This document shows positions 6,610 through 14,402 of a stretch of DNA of 28,211 nt, in pieces. The DNA is from Chthoniobacteraceae bacterium (lineage in GTDB: Bacteria > Verrucomicrobiota > Verrucomicrobiia > Chthoniobacterales > Chthoniobacteraceae), in assembly GCA_040081625.1 (NCBI GenBank), contig JBEBGD010000072.1, forward strand, positions 1-28,211, in the 5' to 3' direction. The first letter of the stretch is position 1. Every line of letters starts with the position of its first letter. The translations under genes and the position numbers were made by a program. The notes beneath the pieces are model-generated. The model was not told the DNA's origin. It searched no databases and saw only the letters and a list, made by a program, of their open reading frames with translations.

Positions 6610-8619
6610 ATGATCCCATCCACCATCCGCCAACTCACGTGCCTCGCCGTCGGCGTCGCATCGCTCACCACGGCCTCCGCCCACATCGGCTACACGAACC
6701 GGAACTTCGGCAGCTTTTCCGGCTCGGACAACAAAGCGGTGCTCATCTCAAACCAAGGCATCTCCGGCGCCTCCGGCTGGGCCGATGCGACCGACGAAGA
6801 CTGGGGCGATTCGCACAAGGGCCGCTACTTCCGCTTCACGCTGCTCACGGCGGCGCGGGTGACCATCAAGGTGGAAGCGTCGGACGATGGCGGAACTAAG
6901 CTTGGCACGTTGATACCGGCGTTCTCGCTCTACTCGGGCCTCGCCCATCTATCACCGGCCGGGGCGGACCACGATAGCTCGGCGATCAGCGTGGCTTATC
7001 TCGATTCCGTTCCCGGCACGCAGGAAGGCGTGCTGCGGACGCTCACGAACTTCGACATCGGCAACGACGACGCGGTCGCGCCCTACGATTTTGAGACGCA
7101 GCTCACCCACTTCATCTACGTCGGTCACGCGGCGGATGGGACGTCGGCGAACTTCGGCACCGCGCCCGGCATCCAGGGCGACGGCGTGCAGGACGGCATC
7201 GTTGAAAAGTCGTTCGAGCTGCCGGCGGGCGAATACACGCTCTTCGTCGGCGGCGCGGACTACAGCCTCGTCGATGCCGGCACCTACGGCGCGAAGGTAA
7301 GCGTGAGCGTCGGGCCGAATCCGGGCAGTGGCGTCACGCCGATCGCGGAGCCGGGGCAAACCGGCGTGCCTTACAAATGGACGGTCAATCTCGGCCAGGA
7401 CGACGAGGTCGAACTCGTGACTCATGTCGGCGCGTGGAGCTGGGAAGACGACAGCCTTTTCAACGCCGCCAACAACGAACCGCCCGTCGGCTGGACGCAC
7501 ACCTCCGTGTGGGCCGGGATCACGCTGAGCCAGCCGAGTCACCTGACCGTGCTGATGGAGCAGCAAGCGGGAGTGTCGTGGCCGAGCGTCGATAATCCCA
7601 CGCGCACCGCGTCCACGGCGTCGATGTTCCCCTCCTTCACCATCTGGCAGCATTGGGACGAGGACGGCGGGCAGGAGCACATCTACAACAATCGCGGCAA
7701 CGTGGCGTGGGCGGAAAAGCTTGTGTTCATCGGCTTCGTGGACAACTCGACCGCGCCGTCGGTGCAGCGCTCGTTCAATCTGCCAGCGGGCAAATACACG
7801 ATCGTCTTTGGCAGCAATGCAGCCGCCAACGATCTCGACCGGCAGGGCTTCAAGGCGACACTTTCCACCGCGCCGATGGCGCAGCCGGTGGCGATCACCG
7901 GCGGCGTCGTGCCGGGGCTGCCGGGCGTCACGTTCAAGACGCTCGGCTCGCCCACGATGAACGACGAGGAACAGGTCGCCTTTCGCGCGACGCTCTCCTG
8001 CGCCGATGTCCGGCCCGGAAATGACACCGCCATCTTCAGCGACACCGGCTCTTCGCCGCTGCGCCTCATCGTGCGCGAAGGCCAGGTCGATGCGGCCACC
8101 GGCGGCAAGTTCGGGTATCTCGGCGATCCCATCACCGACAACGCGGACAACGTGCTCTTCTTCGCGAAGCTGCGGCTCGGCTCGGGCGTGAACGAAACCA
8201 ACGACTGCGGCGTGTGGCGTTACGTGGCGGCTGCGGACTCGCTGCAACTGATCGCCCGCGAAGGCACGGTCGCGCCGGGGGTCGAGGACGGCGCCGCGTT
8301 CAGGTCGTTCCCCTCCATCGTCACCGACTCCGCCGGCGGCGCATTCGTGGCGAAGCTCGTGATCCGCGGACGCGTGACGGAGGCGAATGACGAGGGCATC
8401 TGGCTCTTCAACGATCACGGATACATGACGCTGCTCGCGCGGGAAGGGAAGCGGTTCACCGTCGCGCCCGGCGACGTGCGCATCGTCAGGACGCTCGACT
8501 TCATCGAGCCGAAGCCCACCGTCAAAGGCGTGGGACGAAGCACCAATGCCTTCGGCGGCCGTGTGCTCCGGCTCACCTTCCGCGACGGCACCAGCGGCAT
8601 CTTCCATCTCGCACCGTAA
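6610..8619 (+). CDS. Secreted protein with two tandem CorA/MopE-like domains and C-terminal NxxGxxAF-type repeats; candidate surface copper-binding protein
   Basis: Signal peptide ending ASA|H25. Domain 2 has AWSW...GWTHTSVW...FPSFTIW...EHIY, matching recalled CorA motifs AYSW...GWTHHSNW...HPSITVW...GHAY. Domain 1 is a diverged copy. C-terminal repeats MNDEEQVAF, DNADNVLF, DSAGGAF with LIVREG/LIAREG/LLAREG. Confidence 0.8.
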   Translation: MIPSTIRQLTCLAVGVASLTTASAHIGYTNRNFGSFSGSDNKAVLISNQGISGASGWADATDEDWGDSHKGRYFRFTLLTAARVTIKVEASDDGGTKLGTLIPAFSLYSGLAHLSPAGADHDSSAISVAYLDSVPGTQEGVLRTLTNFDIGNDDAVAPYDFETQLTHFIYVGHAADGTSANFGTAPGIQGDGVQDGIVEKSFELPAGEYTLFVGGADYSLVDAGTYGAKVSVSVGPNPGSGVTPIAEPGQTGVPYKWTVNLGQDDEVELVTHVGAWSWEDDSLFNAANNEPPVGWTHTSVWAGITLSQPSHLTVLMEQQAGVSWPSVDNPTRTASTASMFPSFTIWQHWDEDGGQEHIYNNRGNVAWAEKLVFIGFVDNSTAPSVQRSFNLPAGKYTIVFGSNAAANDLDRQGFKATLSTAPMAQPVAITGGVVPGLPGVTFKTLGSPTMNDEEQVAFRATLSCADVRPGNDTAIFSDTGSSPLRLIVREGQVDAATGGKFGYLGDPITDNADNVLFFAKLRLGSGVNETNDCGVWRYVAAADSLQLIAREGTVAPGVEDGAAFRSFPSIVTDSAGGAFVAKLVIRGRVTEANDEGIWLFNDHGYMTLLAREGKRFTVAPGDVRIVRTLDFIEPKPTVKGVGRSTNAFGGRVLRLTFRDGTSGIFHLAP

Positions 8620-8646
8620 GTTTCAGCCCCGACCTTCCTTCACCTC

Positions 8647-9738
8647 GTGAAAACCATCTGCCTCCTCCTCGCGCTCGGCACCGCGGCGCACGCCTGCGAC
8701 CTCTGCGGCACCACGCTCATCCAGCATGCGCCCGACTCGGGCACCGGCTTCACCCTCGGCGCGAGCGAACAGTTCACCCGCTTCCGCACGCTGCAGGACA
8801 GCGGGCACCGGATCGACAACGACGCGGACCAGAAGCTCGACAGCTCGATCACGCAGATCTTCCTCGGCTACCACATCACGCCGCGCTTGAGCGTGCAGGT
8901 GAATGTGCCGCTCATCCGCAAAACCTTCCACCGCGGCACCGAGACGGGCGGGATCGAGAATGGCCGCGTGCAGGGCCTCGGCGACGTCTCGCTCATGGCA
9001 AACTGGATGGCGCTCGACCACCACGCGGGCGATTTCACGTTTCACCTCAGCGTGAATGCCGGCGTGAAATTCCCCACCGGCGACAGCGATCGCGTGAAGG
9101 AGGAAGCCGCCGAGGGGCACGGCCATGGCGCCGAAGCGCCGGAACCCGCTGATGCCCACGCCGACGAGGTCGCGGAAGACGGTCACGCGACACGGGGCCC
9201 GCGTCACGGCGGGGTGGCGCATGCGGCGCAGGGCCACGTCGAGGCCGCCGCGGATGCCGGCGAGGCTCCCGAGACACCCGAGCCGCTGCCGCACGGCATC
9301 CACGGACACGATCTCGCACTCGGCACCGGCTCGCTGGACGGGCTCATCGGCGGCAGCGTCCACGCGCGCTGGAAGCGCATCTTTTTCAACGGCGAAGTCC
9401 AATACGCCATCCGCGGCGACGGTGAGCACAACTACGATTTCGCCAACGATCTGCTGTGGAGCGGCGGCCCCGGCGTCACCCTCATCGAACGCGACACGCA
9501 CACGCTCTCCGTGCAGCTCGTCTGCTCCGGCGAGACGAAGGGCGAGGACGAGTTCCGCGGCAGGAGGGCCGCCGACACCGCGACGACGCAGGTCTTCCTC
9601 GGGCCGAAAATCAGCGGCACGTGGCGCGAGCGTTTCGCCGCCGAAGTCGGGCTGGAAGTCCCGATCCATCGGGACAACTCGGGCGTGCAGATCATGCCCG
9701 ACTACCGCCTGCGCGCCGCGATGAGCTGGTCGTTTTAG
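8647..9738 (+). CDS. Outer-membrane beta-barrel transporter (MetA-pathway/SphA-like) with N-terminal CxxC and His-rich loop
   Basis: GTG start, signal AHA|CDLC, GLGDVSL and GVKFPTG motifs, LALGTGSLD, amphipathic strands, terminal SWSF. 10 His within about 9109-9312. Confidence 0.8.
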   Translation: MKTICLLLALGTAAHACDLCGTTLIQHAPDSGTGFTLGASEQFTRFRTLQDSGHRIDNDADQKLDSSITQIFLGYHITPRLSVQVNVPLIRKTFHRGTETGGIENGRVQGLGDVSLMANWMALDHHAGDFTFHLSVNAGVKFPTGDSDRVKEEAAEGHGHGAEAPEPADAHADEVAEDGHATRGPRHGGVAHAAQGHVEAAADAGEAPETPEPLPHGIHGHDLALGTGSLDGLIGGSVHARWKRIFFNGEVQYAIRGDGEHNYDFANDLLWSGGPGVTLIERDTHTLSVQLVCSGETKGEDEFRGRRAADTATTQVFLGPKISGTWRERFAAEVGLEVPIHRDNSGVQIMPDYRLRAAMSWSF

Positions 9739-9794
9739 GCGCGCGACCTTCGACACGCCGCGGCGGCTGTGCGATGGGACGCTCCGCCTCCGCC

Positions 9795-10472
9795 ATGCAC
9801 ACCGGCTCCATCCCGTCACGCCCTGCTCCGCTTGCGTCGCTCGGGTTGTCCGTGTTTCGGAGGCGCCTCTTCGTCGGGCTCGCGCCGGCGCTCGTCGGGC
9901 TCGCGGTGCTCGATCCCCTGCCGTTCTTTCGTGCCGGCTCGGTCCCCGGCATCGCCGCGATCGTCGTCGGGCTCGCGGTGCGCGCGTGGGGCGCGGGCTG
10001 CGCCGGACTTCACACCCGCTCCGCGCGGATCGAAGCGCCGCGGCTCATCACCGGCGGCCCTTACGCGCACGTGCGGAATCCGATCTACTGCGGCACGATC
10101 TGCATCGGCCTCGGCATGGCGGCGCTGCTCGGCGATCCGCTCGCCTTCGTGCTCAGCGCGATCGCGTTCGTGATCCTCTACGCCACGATCGTGCCGGCGG
10201 AGGAGGCGTTCCTGCGGGAGCAGTTTCGCGCCGGCTACGACGAGTATTGCCGCGCCGTTCCGAGGCTCATCCCGCGCCTGGGTCCGTGGTCGGGGCGCAC
10301 GCGCGCGCCGTTCCAGTGGCGCGCGACGCTCGGGGAACTGCGCATCGCCCTGCTGCTGGTCGCCATCTACGGGGCGTTTCTTTTCAAGGACCATCTCGCG
10401 CAACGCGGGCGCCCCGGAAGCGAAGTCGCGCGATCGCCCGCAATGTGGCAGCCTGCCGCATCCCCTCGATGA
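9795..10472 (+). CDS. Isoprenylcysteine carboxylmethyltransferase (ICMT/PEMT) family membrane methyltransferase
   Basis: Multiple TM segments, LITGGPYAHVRNPIYCG, EEAFL...F...YDEYCRAVPRLIP. Start trimmed from the ORF track (ATG 9795 or 9774). Confidence 0.88.
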   Translation: MHTGSIPSRPAPLASLGLSVFRRRLFVGLAPALVGLAVLDPLPFFRAGSVPGIAAIVVGLAVRAWGAGCAGLHTRSARIEAPRLITGGPYAHVRNPIYCGTICIGLGMAALLGDPLAFVLSAIAFVILYATIVPAEEAFLREQFRAGYDEYCRAVPRLIPRLGPWSGRTRAPFQWRATLGELRIALLLVAIYGAFLFKDHLAQRGRPGSEVARSPAMWQPAASPR

Positions 10473-11290
10473 ATCTCCGCACCTGTCTCTCGCTCCTCAA
10501 TCGGCGGCAGTGGCTGAAGGTGTTTCTGCTCGGCTCGGCTGCGAGCACGGCCTTTGCGGGAAAGCGAAAGCCCATCGCCGGCCTCGCACCCACCGCGGCA
10601 CCCGCGCCCCGGCCCATCGTCGCGTCGCTGACGCCGAGCTCGCACAACTCCGCGATCATCCCGGTGAGGATCAGCGAGTTTCCCGAGCTCGCGCAGAGCG
10701 GCGGCTCGCTCGCGCTCTATTTTTCAAACGTCCAATATCCGATCGTCATCAATCGGGCGGACGGCGATGTTTTCCACGCGCTCGACCCGACCTGCACCCA
10801 CCAGGGTTGCCTCGTGGGCAATTACAACACGGAGACCTCGCACATGGAGTGCGATTGCCACGGCTCGCTCTTTTCGATCGACGGACGCGTCGCAGCCGGG
10901 CCCGCGCAGTTCGACCTCACTTCGTTTCCCGTGAGCTTCGACGGCAACGACCTCGTGGAGGTCGAGCTCGGCGAATTGCCGCTGCGCATCGACCGCGTGA
11001 GCGTCCACTCGACCACGCCGACGCAGACGCGGCTGCGGCTGGAGTTCCCCGGCATCACCGGCTGCAAATACAAGGTCCGCTACTACGCCAGCCTCGCGGG
11101 CGCGCCGCAGCCCGCGCCGTTCTCATTCTCCGCCTCGGGCGCGGCCGATCAGTCCGCGTTCACAGTCCCGCAATACACTCCCTCAAACCCGCTCTCGGGC
11201 GACGGACCAAAGTCCGTCTGGGTCGATGCGCCGGGCGCGGAGGGATTCTTCGCGATCGAGATGGTGCTCGGCACCTCGACGCCGCTCTAG
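10469..11290 (+). CDS. Tat-exported Rieske [2Fe-2S] protein with appended C-terminal beta domain
   Basis: ATGA overlap with the upstream stop. Twin-arginine signal LNRRQWLK...TAFA. CTHQGC and CDCHGSLF...G...GPA Rieske boxes (CxH-x16-CxxH). Confidence 0.88.
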   Translation: MNLRTCLSLLNRRQWLKVFLLGSAASTAFAGKRKPIAGLAPTAAPAPRPIVASLTPSSHNSAIIPVRISEFPELAQSGGSLALYFSNVQYPIVINRADGDVFHALDPTCTHQGCLVGNYNTETSHMECDCHGSLFSIDGRVAAGPAQFDLTSFPVSFDGNDLVEVELGELPLRIDRVSVHSTTPTQTRLRLEFPGITGCKYKVRYYASLAGAPQPAPFSFSASGAADQSAFTVPQYTPSNPLSGDGPKSVWVDAPGAEGFFAIEMVLGTSTPL

Positions 11291-13245
11291 CCGCGCCGCC
11301 CGCCCGCGAGCAGGCGCAGGCTGTTCAAGACGACGATCAGCGTGCTGCCCTCGTGACCCACGACGCCGATCGTCAGCGGGATGCGCTCGAACATCGCGAG
11401 GGTCACGAGCAGCACGATCACGCCGAGCGAGATCGCGAGGTTCTGCCGGATCACCGCGCGGGAGCGGCGGCTCAGCTCGTAGGCACCGAGGAAGTTTTCC
11501 AGCCGGTCGTGCATCAGCACCACGTCGGCCTGCTCGAGCGCGGCGTCGCTCCCGCGCGCGCCCATCGCCACGCCCACGTGCGCGGCGGCGATGCTCGGCG
11601 CGTCGTTCACGCCATCGCCCACCATCGCGATTTTTTCCCCGCGCGCCGCGAATTCGCCGATGATCGTCAGCTTGTCCTCCGGCTTCAGCTCGGCGCGGAC
11701 TTCGTCGAGCGCGAGATCCTTCGCGAGCTGGTCCGCGGCGGTTTGCCGGTCGCCGGTCAGCACGAGCGTGCGGACGCCGCGGCGGCGCAGCGATTCGATC
11801 AAGCCGCGCGCCTCGGGCCGCACGTCGTCGCGCAGCAGGATGCGCCCGCACAGGCCCGGCGCGGTGAGCCAGACTTCGCTCACGCCGATCGTCTCCGGCG
11901 CGGCGACGCTCCTGCACGATTCGTGATCGGGCGGTTGCGCCCACGCGCGTTTGCCGAGCCGCACTTCGCCGCCGTCGATGTGCGCGCTCACGCCCGCGCC
12001 GAAGGTCGAGCTGACGCCGTCGATCTCGCGCGGCTCGATGCCCTGGCGCTTCGCGTGCCGCACGATCGCGCGTGCGAGGGGATGGCTCGAATGGCGGTCG
12101 AGCGTCGCGGCCAGTTCGATGACCTCGCGCTCGCGCCCGGCGGGAAAGCTCTCGACGGTCTCGACGCGCAGGTCGCCGGTCGTGAGTGTGCCGGTCTTGT
12201 CCATCGCCACGGCCTTCACCTCGGCGAGCTGCTCGACGGCCGCGCCGCCGCGGAAAAGGATGCCGCGCCGCGCGCCGCTCGCGATGGCCGCGAGGATCGC
12301 CGACGGGATCGAGAGCACGAGCGCGCACGGCGAAGCGACGACGAGCAGCGTCATCGCATTGTAGAATGCCCGGTGCGCCGTGTGACCGAACGCCAGCCAC
12401 CACACGAAGAACATCGCCGCCGTGAGCGCGAGCACCGCGTAGGTGTAGCCGGAGCCGAAGCGATCGGTGAAGCGCTGCGACGGCGCCTTGCTCTGCTGCG
12501 CGTGCTGGATGAGGTGGATGATCTTTTGCAGCGCGCTCTCTTTCGCCGGCCGCGTCACGATCACCTCGACCGAGCCGTTCGTGTTCAACGTGCCCGCGAG
12601 CACCGCGTCGCCGACTTCCTTTTCCACCGGCATCGCCTCGCCGGTGAGGTTCGATTCGTCCGCGGCCGTCTGGCCTTTCGCGATCTCGGCATCGACGGGG
12701 AAAAGCTCGCCCGGCCGCACGAGCAGGCGCATGCCCGGCGTGAGTTCCTCGACCGGCACCTGCCGCTCCGCACCCCATGGCGCGAGCACGACCGCCGTCT
12801 TCGGCGCGGTGTGAAAGAGCGCGTTGATCGCGCGCTGCGTGCGGTCCATCGCGAAGTGCTCGAGCGCACTCGACGCGGAGAAGAGGAAGAGCAGCGTCGC
12901 GCCTTCGCTCCACTTCCCGATCGCAGCGGCGCCCGCGGCCACGGCGAGCATGAGGAAGTGAATGTCGAGCGCGCCTTCGCCGAGCTTTTCCTTCACGTCA
13001 GCAGCCGCAAACCATCCGCCGGCGAGATACGAGAGCACGAATAGCGGGATGCTCGTGGCCGGCCACGGCGTCCACGCGGCGGCGATGCCGAGCACGAGGC
13101 AGAGCACGCTCGCGGCGAGCTGCGTCTGCCACGGCGCTTCGTGATGGTCGTCCTCCTCGTGCGGGCCGTGGACCTCGACTTCGCGGGGCTCAAATCGCGG
13201 CAACCAGCGGCGCGGCTTTGCGGTGGCGGGCACTTCGGCGTTCAT
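11287..13245 (-). CDS. Heavy-metal translocating P-type ATPase, P1B-4 subclass
   Basis: TGE, VVASPCAL (SPC), DKTGTLT, HP, TGD, GDGVNDAP, HEGST in the last TM. Short His/acidic N-terminus HGPHEEDDHHE. Confidence 0.95.
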   Translation of the reverse strand: MNAEVPATAKPRRWLPRFEPREVEVHGPHEEDDHHEAPWQTQLAASVLCLVLGIAAAWTPWPATSIPLFVLSYLAGGWFAAADVKEKLGEGALDIHFLMLAVAAGAAAIGKWSEGATLLFLFSASSALEHFAMDRTQRAINALFHTAPKTAVVLAPWGAERQVPVEELTPGMRLLVRPGELFPVDAEIAKGQTAADESNLTGEAMPVEKEVGDAVLAGTLNTNGSVEVIVTRPAKESALQKIIHLIQHAQQSKAPSQRFTDRFGSGYTYAVLALTAAMFFVWWLAFGHTAHRAFYNAMTLLVVASPCALVLSIPSAILAAIASGARRGILFRGGAAVEQLAEVKAVAMDKTGTLTTGDLRVETVESFPAGREREVIELAATLDRHSSHPLARAIVRHAKRQGIEPREIDGVSSTFGAGVSAHIDGGEVRLGKRAWAQPPDHESCRSVAAPETIGVSEVWLTAPGLCGRILLRDDVRPEARGLIESLRRRGVRTLVLTGDRQTAADQLAKDLALDEVRAELKPEDKLTIIGEFAARGEKIAMVGDGVNDAPSIAAAHVGVAMGARGSDAALEQADVVLMHDRLENFLGAYELSRRSRAVIRQNLAISLGVIVLLVTLAMFERIPLTIGVVGHEGSTLIVVLNSLRLLAGGRRG

Positions 13246-13358
13246 AGTGCGCGACTATTGCCCGAGCTTCCGCGCGCTGTCACTCACATCGCAACGGCGG
13301 GGCACTTTCTGCCAATTGGCGGGTCGTCCGCCGGGGCCAGTCGCGCTATGGATCCGGC

Positions 13359-14402
13359 GTGACGATCTACTTCGTGGACATCGAGCCTTCCGACGAAGCC
13401 TTCTACGGCGAGTGTCTCGCCGAGCAGGATCTCATCTCCGTGCGCCGGCTCGCGGAGGTGGACTCGGACGCGGAGATCGTGTGCGTCTTCATCGACGAAA
13501 AGATCGACGACCCCTTTCTCGCCGCGCACCCGAAGCTGCGGCTGGTCGCGACGCGCTCGACCTCCGTCGATCACATCGATCTGCCGGCGTGCGAGCGGCG
13601 CGGCGTGCGCGTCTGCCACGTGGCCAACTACGGCGAGGGGACTGTCGCCGAGCACACCTTCGCGCTCATGCTCGCGCTCGCGCGACGGCTCCGAGAGATC
13701 ATGGATCTGCCGAAGGCCGGGCGTTTTTCCTACGAGGCGACGCGCGGACTCGAGCTGCATGGCAAGACGCTCGGGCTGGTCGGCATGGGGCGAATCGGGC
13801 GCCGCGTCGCGGTGCTCGCGAACGCGTTCCAGATGCGCGTGATCGCGAGCGACATCGACACGCCGTCCGATCTCGCCGCGCGGCTGCACTTCGAGTGGGC
13901 GTCATTCGACGAACTGCTCGCCCGCGCCGACATCATCTCGCTGCACGCGGCGCTGACGCCGCAGACGTATCACCTCATCGATGCCGCGTCGCTGGCGCGG
14001 ATGAAGCCGGGTGTGCTCATCGTCAACACCGCGCGCGGCGCGCTGATCGACACGAACGCCCTTCGCGCCGCGCTCGAGAGCGGCCACGTCGGCGGCGCGG
14101 GGCTCGACGTGCTGCAAGACGAGCGCGTGCTCCGGCAGAATGCCGACGACTTGATCGCGCAGGACATCGTGCGGCATCTCCGCAGCGATGCGCGGGCGAG
14201 CGAAGCGCACGATGCGAACCGGATTCGCGAGCTCGAGGAGCTGATGCTCGGCGATGCGATCCTTTCCCGCGCAAACGTGGTCTTCACTCCGCACGTGGCC
14301 TTCAATACGCACGAAGCCGCCCGCCGCATGGCCGAGACGACCGCGGAGAATATTCGCGCCTTCCTCGCCGGCCGGCCGCAGAATCTCGTGATGCCACAGT
14401 GA
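13359..14402 (+). CDS. D-isomer-specific 2-hydroxyacid dehydrogenase (D-lactate dehydrogenase-like)
   Basis: VAEH, GKTLGLVGMGRIG, DIISLH, NTARG, GLDVLQDE, TPHVAFNT. Confidence 0.92.
   Translation: MTIYFVDIEPSDEAFYGECLAEQDLISVRRLAEVDSDAEIVCVFIDEKIDDPFLAAHPKLRLVATRSTSVDHIDLPACERRGVRVCHVANYGEGTVAEHTFALMLALARRLREIMDLPKAGRFSYEATRGLELHGKTLGLVGMGRIGRRVAVLANAFQMRVIASDIDTPSDLAARLHFEWASFDELLARADIISLHAALTPQTYHLIDAASLARMKPGVLIVNTARGALIDTNALRAALESGHVGGAGLDVLQDERVLRQNADDLIAQDIVRHLRSDARASEAHDANRIRELEELMLGDAILSRANVVFTPHVAFNTHEAARRMAETTAENIRAFLAGRPQNLVMPQ

Noticed and set aside
8647..8706. Lipoprotein signal at AHA-C
   Set aside because: A-H-A-C is a poor lipobox but a good signal peptidase I AxA site, and the protein ends like a beta-barrel
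9456..10468. Long N-terminal extensions of the ICMT (from 9456) and Rieske (from 9986) ORFs
   Set aside because: They overlap upstream genes; better starts are 9795 and 10469 (ATGA coupling, Tat signal)
2655..11290. Methanobactin or other RiPP chalkophore cluster
   Set aside because: No MbnA-like precursor and no MbnB/MbnC or other maturase recognisable; the di-heme partner looks CorA-like rather than MbnP-like
13223..14398. Apparent 392-aa N-terminal extension of upp
   Set aside because: Off-frame read-through of the dehydrogenase gene; Upp similarity starts only after 14399
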